Shown here in pieces: positions 8,582 through 19,425 of a stretch of DNA of 64,000 nt. Source of the stretch: Rickettsiales bacterium UBA2645 (lineage in GTDB: Bacteria > Pseudomonadota > Alphaproteobacteria > Rickettsiales > UBA1997); contig DENL01000035.1 in assembly GCA_002359655.1 (NCBI GenBank), positions 13,105-77,104 of the forward strand. The letters are read 5' to 3'. The notes below the pieces were generated by a model that saw nothing but the letters and a program-made list of their open reading frames with translations, made no database searches and had not been told where the DNA came from. The stretch's first letter is position 1. The number at the start of each line of letters is the position of its first letter. A program made the position numbers and the translations under genes.

Positions 8582-10552
8582 GTGACTAGGAAAATAAAAA
8601 ATCCTCGCGACGAATTTCGCTGCTCTTGGGGCAAAATTCTGATAATTTTTGCTAGCTTATCTTTTTTTTTACGCACATTTTTTTTCGTTAAACAAAGAGC
8701 AGAAATCGACTTTTCAATTCTTTCTTTATTGGAAGCTTATGCAATTGGATTTTTTTTCGATATACTCGCTCTTGCCTACATAGCTCTTCTTCCGCTGACT
8801 TATTATACTTTTGCTCCAAGCAAGTTTTTCAACTCTAAAAAACACCAAACCGCCAATTGTATTTTTTATTTTATTTTTCTCTTCGTAATTATTTTCTCAG
8901 TTTTTTCGGAAATTACTTTCTGGGATGAATTCCAAACCCGCTTTAATTTCATTGCCGTTGATTACTTAATCTACACAACAGAAGTAATTGCCAACATCAT
9001 CGAGTCTTATCCGATGGCATTGTTGCTCAGCTTAATTACAATAATTTCTGGCACGATTTTCTTTTTCACTTACAAAAAAATTGTTGTTGCTAAACAAGAA
9101 AATTTTTTCTGCCGCCTGAAAAAATTCGTGATTTACGCAGCTGCTTTAGCAATCGCATTTTTTGCAGTTGATAGTTCAAAAGTTACAAGAATTTCAGCAA
9201 ATAATTATGTTAACGAAATCGCTGCAAACGGTATTTATCAACTCTTCTCAGCATATCGTAACAACCAGATTGATTACGACACTCTTTACGCCAGCGAAGA
9301 TTTAGAAGCTGCAACCAAAAATCTACGTAACTTAATTTCCAAGCAAGAGCCGCGTTCAAAATTTTTAAATGAAGACGATATTGCACGCTTAGTTCCTCAG
9401 TCAAAAGCTGGTACAGAAAAAAAATATAATATTATTTTTGTTTCAATTGAGAGCTTGAGTGCTGATTTTATGAAGACATTTGGTAACGCAGAAAATATCA
9501 CGCCAAATCTTGATGCTTTAGCAAAACAAGGATTACTTTTTACCCATTTGAAAGCGACTGGAACACGCACAGTTCGAGGGCTTGAAGCTTTATCTCTGTC
9601 AATTCCTCCAACTCCAGGAAATTCAATTATACGCCGTCCAAATAACGAAAATCTTTTTAACATTTCCAGCCCGCTTATTTATCGCGGTTACGATGCAAAA
9701 TTCCTCTACGGTGGCGATGGATATTTCGATAATATGAATTACTTCTTCGGCAATAACGGCTTTGAAATTGTCGATCGTGCAAAATTTTCTGAAGACGAAA
9801 TAACATTCTCCAACGCTTGGGGCGTTGCTGATGAAGACTTATTCAACAAGGCCATAAAAGAAGCTGATAAATCTTTCGCAGCACATACGCCTTTCTTGAA
9901 CTTTATCATGACCACTTCCAACCATCGTCCTTTTACGTATCCCGATGGAAAAATTGATATTGATTCCAAAACAGGTCGCAATGGCGCAGTGAAATATACC
10001 GACTATGCAATTGGAAAATTAATCGAAGAAGCCAAGAAAAAACCATGGTTTGATAAGACAATTTTTGTTTTCGTTGCTGATCATTGCGCTGGCTCTGCAG
10101 GCAATACTGATGTGCCTTTGTGGCGCTATCAAATTCCAGCAATTTTTTACGCACCAAAAATTATCAAGCCGCAAATCTTTACAAAAAATGTTAGCCAAAT
10201 TGATTTGGCCCCAACTTTGATGGGCATTTTAAATTTATCTTACAAATCTAAATTTTTTGGCACTGATGTTTTAAATAATCACAAAACCATCAATCAGCAT
10301 TCTTTTGTCAGCACTTACTCTGATGTTGGCTATTTCAAAGGTGATAAGCTCTATTTATTAAAACCAAAAAAAGAAAAAAAAGTTTTTGATGTCACAATCA
10401 AAGGCTATGGCTGGAAATCTTCGCAAGAAACCGTCACCAAAGATTATGACGAAAAAGAAATGAGCGAAGCAATCGCTTATTATCAAGTTGCAAGCCATCT
10501 ATTTAAAAACGAAAAACTCAAAAATTTCTCTTCCACTACAGCAAATCAATAG
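8582..10552 (+). CDS. LTA-synthase / sulfatase (alkaline phosphatase superfamily) membrane protein, phosphoglycerol-transferase-like
   Basis: It has an N-terminal multi-TM region followed by a sulfatase domain (IIFVSIESLSADF, GTRTVRG, SNHRPFTYP, ADHC). The start codon is GTG. Confidence 0.8.
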   Translation: MTRKIKNPRDEFRCSWGKILIIFASLSFFLRTFFFVKQRAEIDFSILSLLEAYAIGFFFDILALAYIALLPLTYYTFAPSKFFNSKKHQTANCIFYFIFLFVIIFSVFSEITFWDEFQTRFNFIAVDYLIYTTEVIANIIESYPMALLLSLITIISGTIFFFTYKKIVVAKQENFFCRLKKFVIYAAALAIAFFAVDSSKVTRISANNYVNEIAANGIYQLFSAYRNNQIDYDTLYASEDLEAATKNLRNLISKQEPRSKFLNEDDIARLVPQSKAGTEKKYNIIFVSIESLSADFMKTFGNAENITPNLDALAKQGLLFTHLKATGTRTVRGLEALSLSIPPTPGNSIIRRPNNENLFNISSPLIYRGYDAKFLYGGDGYFDNMNYFFGNNGFEIVDRAKFSEDEITFSNAWGVADEDLFNKAIKEADKSFAAHTPFLNFIMTTSNHRPFTYPDGKIDIDSKTGRNGAVKYTDYAIGKLIEEAKKKPWFDKTIFVFVADHCAGSAGNTDVPLWRYQIPAIFYAPKIIKPQIFTKNVSQIDLAPTLMGILNLSYKSKFFGTDVLNNHKTINQHSFVSTYSDVGYFKGDKLYLLKPKKEKKVFDVTIKGYGWKSSQETVTKDYDEKEMSEAIAYYQVASHLFKNEKLKNFSSTTANQ

Positions 10553-10646
10553 CTCTGAATTAGGTGATAAATTTTTTTGGTGATACTTTGATTTCGGTTT
10601 TGATATGCTGCTTTTTTCCACTTTTACTCGCACAAGTTTATTTTAA

Positions 10647-12488
<1,842 letters not shown>

Positions 12489-12620
12489 ATTATCTGCTAG
12501 TTAAAGTTATAAAATACTACTTTAGCATATTAGGATTTGCTAAAACCAACTGACCTCCTAAATAAACCCCTATCTAAGCAGTCAGCTTAGACTGAATTTA
12601 CATCACAAAAAAACTAAAAT

Positions 12621-13007
12621 ATGTCCATAAACTCATTACTATCTCTCATAGAAATCATCAAAAGTATCCTATCTCTAAAAGATAAAAGAGAAGCCTGTCT
12701 CAGAAATTGGATTAGGTTCTTAGATCAGAAATTTTCAAAAGATGATTTTCTTCGACTTAAATCGAAAACAGAAAAACTTTACCCTAAATATTTTGGCAGC
12801 AAAAAAATTAGGAAGCGTCTAGAAAAAGTCATGTGGTCAGATTTAAATACGGATAATGGTAAGAACCCTAATCATATCCCACTTGAAGAGCTTATATCAG
12901 CAATGGGTAACTTTCTAAAAAAGAACTCAGACGAAATATCTGATATGCTTCACAAACCAGAACAAATAGACTGGTCTAAACACTTCAGCTTTTTCCCGAA
13001 TTCTTAA
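12621..13007 (+). CDS. Hypothetical protein
   Basis: A 128-aa ORF with no recognisable motif. It is co-oriented with the following DUF3800 gene. Confidence 0.45.
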   Translation: MSINSLLSLIEIIKSILSLKDKREACLRNWIRFLDQKFSKDDFLRLKSKTEKLYPKYFGSKKIRKRLEKVMWSDLNTDNGKNPNHIPLEELISAMGNFLKKNSDEISDMLHKPEQIDWSKHFSFFPNS

Positions 13008-13077
13008 AAACTTCACGACACAAATTTCAGTAAATAATTCCGAAGTTTCTCTAAAATCATAACCCACTCAAAATACC

Positions 13078-13812
13078 ATGACCCACCACAACATGTATTT
13101 GATCTACATCGATGAATCTTACGACGAGACGCACTTTGTTTATTCGGCGATGTTTATTAATGCCTTTAAATGGAACTTTTATTTCAACCATCTTTTGAAC
13201 TGGAGAAGAGATTGGTTTGAGAAATATCAAATTGATCTTGATACCGAGATACATGCCACCGATTTAGCTGCTGGACGCGGCCAACCTCATCACAACAGAA
13301 ACAAAGAATTTAGGGCAAATTTATTTTGCGAAGCAATCGCGCGAATTGAAGCGATGGAAGATATCAAAGTCATTAATGCCGTAACATCAAATAAGAAAAA
13401 ACACTTACAGCTTTTCGAATACATGTTGAATCGCATCAATAAAACACTTGATGCAACCAATTCTTTTGGGGTTTTAATTTGCGATGAGGGCAACGAAAAT
13501 CAGCTTACTTCGATTGTAAGAAAGATGAAAAAAGAAAATCATATTCCGGATAGTTTGGAAATTTTTGGCTTAAGCGGCACCAAAAGAAATGTGCCATTAG
13601 AGCGAATAATTGAGGATCCTTTATTCAAAACATCTAAGTCATCTTATTTTATTCAACTGTCCGACTTGTTAGCTTTTTCACTTCTAAGAAACGAGAAGCC
13701 TGTAAGCTCAACTTCAGAATTAGTTAGAAAATCTTTTAATCAGCTTGATAAAGCATTGGTGAAAAATGCCTTTGCTCGAGATCCAAAGAAAAAAGGAATC
13801 ATCAGAACATAA
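13078..13812 (+). CDS. DUF3800 family protein
   Basis: It has an N-terminal YLIYIDESYDE and a C-terminal FIQLSDLLAF, the two DUF3800 hallmark motifs. An alternative start is at 13093. Confidence 0.7.
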   Translation: MTHHNMYLIYIDESYDETHFVYSAMFINAFKWNFYFNHLLNWRRDWFEKYQIDLDTEIHATDLAAGRGQPHHNRNKEFRANLFCEAIARIEAMEDIKVINAVTSNKKKHLQLFEYMLNRINKTLDATNSFGVLICDEGNENQLTSIVRKMKKENHIPDSLEIFGLSGTKRNVPLERIIEDPLFKTSKSSYFIQLSDLLAFSLLRNEKPVSSTSELVRKSFNQLDKALVKNAFARDPKKKGIIRT

Positions 13813-14086
13813 AAAAGCAGGTGTCGTTCAACCCAGCCTTGGGAAGCGAACCATCTGCACTAAGCATGATTAAAATTTTAATATAAAATTCAAACAGAAA
13901 TTTAATTTCATAAAAATTAAGCAACACCGACTCTAAAAAAACCCATACAATTTTACATAAAAGATCAGCTAACTTTTCTAAAAAAAATCCAGAATAAAAA
14001 ATTAATTTGCATTCTAGCGCGAATTCACTTCGCGCGGAGGCTCCAAACAAACTCCCCCTAAATTTTCCCACGGAAAATTTACTAAG

Positions 14087-14114
14087 TTGACAGTTAGTTC
14101 TCCGCCCCTATTTT
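14087..14114 (+). promoter_or_regulatory. Sigma70-type promoter candidate for typA
   Basis: TTGACA (14087-14092), 16-nt spacer, TATTTT (14109-14114). Confidence 0.35.
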
Positions 14115-14190
14115 CCGCGCTCCTTATTTTACAAGCTCTAGCTGCTCTTCGCGCTTTGAATCGCTATTCTCAAAACTAAAAATAAATAAA

Positions 14191-16038
14191 ATGACAGACT
14201 TCAGAAACGTTGCCATTATTGCTCACGTTGACCATGGCAAAACTACATTGATCGATGCGATGTTGCATCAAAGCGGTACTTTTCGTGCTAACCAGCAAGT
14301 CGAAAATCGCGTGATGGATTCTAATGATTTGGAAAAAGAACGCGGCATTACCATTCTTGCAAAATGTACCTCGATTGTTTGGCAAGACCACAAAATCAAC
14401 GTTATCGATACTCCCGGACACGCTGATTTTGGCGGTGAAGTTGAACGCGTTTTATCGATGGCTGATTCTGCGCTTCTTTTGGTTGACTCTGCTGAAGGTG
14501 TGATGCCACAAACTAAATTCGTACTTTCAAAAGCTTTGGCTCTTGGTCTTCGTCCAATCGTGATCATCAATAAAATCGATCGCTCTGACGCTCGCCCTGA
14601 TGAAGTTTTAAATGAAATTTTCGATCTTTTTGTTTCACTAAATGCCACCGAACAACAACTAGATTTTCCAGTTTTATATGCGGTAGGCCGCGATGGCTGG
14701 TGTGTTGCAGATATGGACAAAGATGAAAGAAAAGATTTGTCTCCACTTTTCAACTTGATTTTGAAACATGTCACTCCACCAAAATTTGATTTGGACGCAC
14801 CATTTTCAATGCTTGCCACACTTCTAAGCCACAGCCCATATTTTGGCCGCATGTTGACTGGCCGCATTTACACTGGTCGCGCCAAAGGTTTAATGAGTTT
14901 GAAAGCCTTGAACTTAAAAGGTGAATTGGTTGAGCAAGGTCGCTTGACGAAACTTCACGTTTTTCGCGGTGTTGAAAAAGTTCCGGTTGAAGAAGCTCAA
15001 GCTGGTGACATCGTTATCATCGCTGGTTTGGAAAAAGCTTCTGTATCGGACACGCTTTGCGATCCACAAGTTTCAACTCCGATCAAATCAACTCCGATTG
15101 ATCCGCCTACAATGGCTATCACCATCAGTGTTAATGATTCACCTCTTGCTGGCCTAGAAGGAAGCAAAGTTACTTCACGCGTAATTCGCGATCGTTTATT
15201 TGCCGAAGCTGAAACTAATGTTGCAATACGCGTTAAAGAAACTGACGGCAAAGACGCCTTTGAAGTTGGCGGTCGTGGTGAATTACAACTTGGTGTGTTG
15301 ATCGAAAATATGCGTCGTGAAGGCTTTGAGCTTTCAGTTTCGAGACCTCGCGTTCTTTTCAAAAAAGATGCAGACGGAAATGTTCTAGAACCAATCGAAG
15401 AAGTTGTAGTTGATGTTGATGACGCTTTCTGCGGCGTTGTTGTTGAAAAAATTTCTTCACGCAAAGGCGAAATGATTGAAATGCGCCCATCTTCAGGTGG
15501 CAAAACTCGTATTGTTTTCTACGTTCCTTCGCGCGGATTGATCGGCTATCAAAGTGAGTTCTTGACCGATACCAAGGGCTCTGGCGTTTTGAACAGAATT
15601 TTTCACAATTACGTTCCTTACAAAGGCGAAATGACCACCAAGAAAAATGGTGCACTGATTTCAACTGATGCGGGCGAAGCTGTAGCATTCGCAATTTGGA
15701 ATCTACAAGATCGCGGCGTAATGTTCATAAAGCCGCAACAAAAAGTTTATGCTGGAATGGTGGTTGGTGAAAACTCAAAACAAGGCGATTTAGAAATTAA
15801 CGTCTTGAAAGGAAAACAACTTTCAAACGTTCGTGCATCAGGAACTGACGAAGCAATTCGTTTAATCCCACCTCGCGAACTTACTCTTGAAGACATGATA
15901 ACTTATGTTGGCGACGATGAGTTAGTTGAAGTTACACCAAAATCACTTCGTCTGCGTAAAAAATTCTTGGATTCTAACGATCGCAAAAGACTTGGCCGCA
16001 GCAAAGAAGCTAAGTTTGATTTTGTACAAGAAGAATAG
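14191..16038 (+). CDS. typA: Translational GTPase TypA/BipA
   Basis: It has G1-G4 motifs (AHVDHGKTT, DTPGHADF, NKID) and the overall TypA architecture. Confidence 0.95.
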   Translation: MTDFRNVAIIAHVDHGKTTLIDAMLHQSGTFRANQQVENRVMDSNDLEKERGITILAKCTSIVWQDHKINVIDTPGHADFGGEVERVLSMADSALLLVDSAEGVMPQTKFVLSKALALGLRPIVIINKIDRSDARPDEVLNEIFDLFVSLNATEQQLDFPVLYAVGRDGWCVADMDKDERKDLSPLFNLILKHVTPPKFDLDAPFSMLATLLSHSPYFGRMLTGRIYTGRAKGLMSLKALNLKGELVEQGRLTKLHVFRGVEKVPVEEAQAGDIVIIAGLEKASVSDTLCDPQVSTPIKSTPIDPPTMAITISVNDSPLAGLEGSKVTSRVIRDRLFAEAETNVAIRVKETDGKDAFEVGGRGELQLGVLIENMRREGFELSVSRPRVLFKKDADGNVLEPIEEVVVDVDDAFCGVVVEKISSRKGEMIEMRPSSGGKTRIVFYVPSRGLIGYQSEFLTDTKGSGVLNRIFHNYVPYKGEMTTKKNGALISTDAGEAVAFAIWNLQDRGVMFIKPQQKVYAGMVVGENSKQGDLEINVLKGKQLSNVRASGTDEAIRLIPPRELTLEDMITYVGDDELVEVTPKSLRLRKKFLDSNDRKRLGRSKEAKFDFVQEE

Positions 16039-16042
16039 TTTT

Positions 16043-16753
16043 ATGCGCCCTTCAAAAAGAAAGTTCGACCAAATTCGTGAAGTTACTATCACTCCTAATG
16101 TCAATAAACATGCGGAAGGATCGTGCTTAATAAAATTTGGTGACACTCATGTTATTTGCACCGCCTCAATTGAGGAAAAAGTTCCACCATTCTTAAGAAA
16201 TAAAGGCACAGGCTGGGTGACCGCTGAATACAACATGTTGGCACGCTCAACTCATAGCAGAATGAATAGCGACCCGATGAAACCAAATGGTCGCTCTATT
16301 GAAATTAAACGCCTTATTGGTCGTGCTTTGCGCTCTGCAATAGATACTAGAATTTTAGGTGAACGCCAAATTATAATTGACTGCGATGTTATTCAAGCTG
16401 ACGGCGGTACGCGCTGCGCTGCGATTACTGGCGGCTATGTTGCTTTAGCTTTGGCTGTAAATAAATTAGTGAATCAAAGAGTTCTGCGTGAAAATCCTTT
16501 AACTGGCGAGGTTTGCGCGGTTTCTTGTGGAATCTATAACGGCGAAGTCGTGGCAGATTTAGATTACTTAGAGGACAGTAAATGTGAAACTGACAGTAAT
16601 TTTGTCTTGAATAAAAATTTTGATTTAATCGAAATCCAAGGCACTGCAGAAGTTGGTTCTATGAGCTTCTTGCAACTTTCAAAAATGTATGATCTAGCCA
16701 AAAAAGCTGCTGTAGAAATTTTTGGAATTCAGAAAAAAGCCATTCAAAATTAG
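16043..16753 (+). CDS. rph: Ribonuclease PH
   Basis: MRPSKRKFDQIREV...ADGGTR are RNase PH signatures. The ATG at 16043 is preferred over the overlapping upstream start. Confidence 0.95.
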   Translation: MRPSKRKFDQIREVTITPNVNKHAEGSCLIKFGDTHVICTASIEEKVPPFLRNKGTGWVTAEYNMLARSTHSRMNSDPMKPNGRSIEIKRLIGRALRSAIDTRILGERQIIIDCDVIQADGGTRCAAITGGYVALALAVNKLVNQRVLRENPLTGEVCAVSCGIYNGEVVADLDYLEDSKCETDSNFVLNKNFDLIEIQGTAEVGSMSFLQLSKMYDLAKKAAVEIFGIQKKAIQN

Positions 16754-17007
16754 TGATAAACTTCCTTACGATGCGCAACTTTAACCACATGGATGATTAA
16801 CCTCTGGCCATCTTTGCTGCATAAAAGTCGATAATCTCCAACGCGAAATTTATAAAGGTCGGATAATTCTCCGACTAATCCAACTAGATATTTATCGGGA
16901 TTAGTTAGAAGTTTTTCTTCGATTGCCTTGTCGATTCTTTTTCTGATTTCTGGTGTGAGTTTTGAAAAATCTTTATCGGCTCTTTTGGTGAATTGAACTT
17001 GCCACAT
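16750..17007 (-). CDS. Type II toxin, RelE/ParE (StbE) family
   Basis: The 85-aa ORF has KFRVGDYRLLC...H.V..R.EVY, the typical RelE fold signature. Its stop codon overlaps the rph stop. Confidence 0.85.
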   Translation of the reverse strand: MWQVQFTKRADKDFSKLTPEIRKRIDKAIEEKLLTNPDKYLVGLVGELSDLYKFRVGDYRLLCSKDGQRLIIHVVKVAHRKEVYH

Positions 17008-17016
17008 TATAATTAC

Positions 17017-17265
17017 TTAGAGTTTGTATTTTTTTTTGATTTGAGAGTAAGGAATGGCTTTTTCTCCCGAATTTTTAAACTCTTCGTAAAGCTTCTTGGC
17101 TTCGTGATAATCTTTAATATCTTGCAGCTTTTCGGCTAAATATTTTTCTAAAGCTTTTTTGATAAAATAACTTTTAGATCTTTCTTCGGATTCACAAATC
17201 TTGGTAAGATCTTTGTCCAGACTTGCTGGAATTTGTGCAGAAATTGTAACAAGTTGGTTTTGCAT
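17017..17265 (-). CDS. Type II antitoxin, ribbon-helix-helix (CopG/RelB-like)
   Basis: The 82-aa ORF lies immediately upstream of the toxin. The N-terminal ISAQIPASLDKDLTKICE..RSKSYFIKKALEKYL is RHH-like. Confidence 0.7.
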   Translation of the reverse strand: MQNQLVTISAQIPASLDKDLTKICESEERSKSYFIKKALEKYLAEKLQDIKDYHEAKKLYEEFKNSGEKAIPYSQIKKKYKL

Positions 17266-17342
17266 AAAGTTAAATAAAATTTATGTTTGAATAAATCTTA
17301 AATATTGTTAATAGGTTTTAATAGTAAATAAATTTTTTAATT

Positions 17343-18425
17343 GTGACTGAAATAATCAAAAAAAATCTCACATATTTTACCAAAGAAGAACTTCTTGCTG
17401 AGCTTATAAATCTTGGTGAAAAGCCATTTCGCGCTAAACAGATTTGGAATTGGATTTATGCACGCGGCACTTTTGATTTTGATTTGATGACCAATATTTC
17501 CAAAGAGACGCGCGAAATTTTAAAGAAAAATTTCACCATTGAACTTCCGCAAGTTTCAAAAGATTTAATATCATTTGACGGCACAAGAAAATATTTGGTG
17601 AAGTTTCATGATGGCCGCGAAGTTGAGGCGGTTTATATTCCAGAAGAAACTCGCGGTACTCTCTGTATCTCATCTCAGGTTGGTTGCACTTTAGCTTGTA
17701 AATTCTGTCACACTGGTACGCAAACTTGGGTCCGTAATTTAGAATTTCATGAAATTGTAGCGCAAGTTTTGATCGCCAAAAATTTGATTGCGGATTGGGA
17801 CAAAAATAGTCGCCGCCTCACCAACATAGTTTTTATGGGCATGGGCGAACCTTTTTTCAATTACGAAAATGTTGCCAAAGCAGTGAAAATTTTAAATGAT
17901 ATTGAAGGCTTGGATATTTCAGCGCGCAAAACAACTATTTCGACTTCTGGCTTGGTTCCTGAAATTTTGCGCTGCGCCAATGAACTTAAAACTAATTTAG
18001 CAATTTCGCTTCATGCCACAAATGACAAGCTTCGAACCGATATTATGGCAATCAATAAAAAATATCCGTTAAAAGATTTGATGACTGCCTGTCAGACTTA
18101 TAACAAACTAAATCCGAACCAAAAAATCACTTTTGAATATGTCATGCTGCGCGGCGTTAATGATAAAGAAGAGCATGCCCGCGAGCTGATTCAGCTAGTT
18201 AAGAAATTTAATTTAAGCGCTAAAATAAATATAATTCCCTTCAACCCTTGGCTGGGTTGTGAATACACAAACTCAGAACAACAAAAAATTTCTGATTTTC
18301 AAAAAATTTTAAAAGATGCTGGATTAGTTGCACCAATCCGCAAAACGCGGGGCGAAGATGTAATGGCAGCTTGCGGGCAGTTGAAATCAGATTCAGAACG
18401 CGAGAAGAAATCTCGAGTGCTGTAA
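17343..18425 (+). CDS. rlmN: 23S rRNA/tRNA (adenine-C2)-methyltransferase, radical SAM
   Basis: It has the CxxxCxxC motif (CTLACKFCHTG) and a C-terminal ...AACGQL. The start codon is GTG. Confidence 0.95.
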   Translation: MTEIIKKNLTYFTKEELLAELINLGEKPFRAKQIWNWIYARGTFDFDLMTNISKETREILKKNFTIELPQVSKDLISFDGTRKYLVKFHDGREVEAVYIPEETRGTLCISSQVGCTLACKFCHTGTQTWVRNLEFHEIVAQVLIAKNLIADWDKNSRRLTNIVFMGMGEPFFNYENVAKAVKILNDIEGLDISARKTTISTSGLVPEILRCANELKTNLAISLHATNDKLRTDIMAINKKYPLKDLMTACQTYNKLNPNQKITFEYVMLRGVNDKEEHARELIQLVKKFNLSAKINIIPFNPWLGCEYTNSEQQKISDFQKILKDAGLVAPIRKTRGEDVMAACGQLKSDSEREKKSRVL

Positions 18426-18426
18426 T

Positions 18427-18468
18427 AAAAAAGCTGATGAATCGATTAAAAAGATTCATCAGCTTTTA
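18427..18468. terminator. Bidirectional rho-independent terminator between convergent rlmN and the pilin-like gene
   Basis: A 12-bp perfect stem AGCTGATGAATC (18432-18443) / GATTCATCAGCT (18453-18464) is flanked by an A-run and a T-run. Confidence 0.65.
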
Positions 18469-18483
18469 TTATTAAACCGATAC

Positions 18484-19371
18484 TTAGCTTCTGGTTATTT
18501 TACTACTCCATTTTTTCCCTAGATAGTCTTCTATAGATTGTCTTTCTTCGGTTGTTAGAGCTCTAACAAAAATAATAAGCTCTCCAATCTTTCCATTATA
18601 GGATTTTCCTATCTTGAGGGTGGAGATATTTTTTAGATTGTTAGTATCTGCACTTGATGCTGTAAGCATACCATTAACATAAGTTTTTTTACCAACCGCA
18701 CTATCGTGAATGAAAGAAAATATCTTTGGGGTTTTATCCGCTGCTTTGTAATTGATTAATGATGATGTATATGAGTTATCAAAGCTTTGGGAATGTTTTA
18801 CAGTTTTGTCAGAGCTATAACCAAGAACTAGATTATTATTGGTAACATTCTCTTCAGGAGCTGAGATATCTCCGACAAAGTAATTATCAGCTTTGTTACT
18901 TTCTCTTTGTTCAACTATAAAGATAGTATAGTCAGTGTTATTTAAGAAACTGGCATTAGCTATATTTAAATAGCTGTTAACTCCATCAAACTTAACAGCG
19001 TGGATATGAACTGTGGTATTAGAATAAATTGGATAATTGCTGCTATTACTTTGCACTGCATTATTCTTACTTACACTTTCTCTGATGTCGTACCAAGCTG
19101 TTATGTTAGCACCATTTTTCTGCTCACTAGCATCGAAGCTTTTTTTCAGACTGCTCTCTAACCATAATACTGAGTCTTTGATACCGTTTACTGGAGATGA
19201 AACTGTTAGAGTTCTGGCGGTGCTTATCTTAAATTGATCCAATATGTTGCTACTCGCTAGAATTACAGATATGAGTAGACCGACTATTATTATGACGATT
19301 GAGATTTCAATTAGAGAGAAGGCGGTATTTTTTTTATTAAAAAATTGATTTCGAGTGTTGGCTGTTTTCAC
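18484..19371 (-). CDS. Prepilin-type N-terminal methylation-motif protein with LamG-like C-terminal domain (copy 1)
   Basis: It has the class III signal ...KNTA/FSLIEISIVIIIVGLL. The C-terminal GKIGELIIFVRALTTEERQSIEDYLGKKW is typical of LamG-type pseudopilin-like proteins. Confidence 0.75.
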   Translation of the reverse strand: MKTANTRNQFFNKKNTAFSLIEISIVIIIVGLLISVILASSNILDQFKISTARTLTVSSPVNGIKDSVLWLESSLKKSFDASEQKNGANITAWYDIRESVSKNNAVQSNSSNYPIYSNTTVHIHAVKFDGVNSYLNIANASFLNNTDYTIFIVEQRESNKADNYFVGDISAPEENVTNNNLVLGYSSDKTVKHSQSFDNSYTSSLINYKAADKTPKIFSFIHDSAVGKKTYVNGMLTASSADTNNLKNISTLKIGKSYNGKIGELIIFVRALTTEERQSIEDYLGKKWSSKITRS

Positions 19372-19425
19372 AAAAAAATAGTTTAGTTGATTGCAAAAAT
19401 TTGACTCGGCAATCCATAAGTTGTT

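Noticed and set aside
13802-14071. An 89-aa minus-strand ORF in the DUF3800-typA spacer
   Set aside because: It has an AT-rich, Phe/Leu/Lys-biased translation, no RBS context and overlaps the stem-loop structures. It is probably non-coding.
14268-15694. Long antisense ORFs inside typA (14268-14867, 14997-15503, 15359-15694)
   Set aside because: They lie opposite a strongly conserved GTPase gene, have low-complexity Ser/Arg/Pro-rich translations and no motifs. They are typical shadow ORFs.
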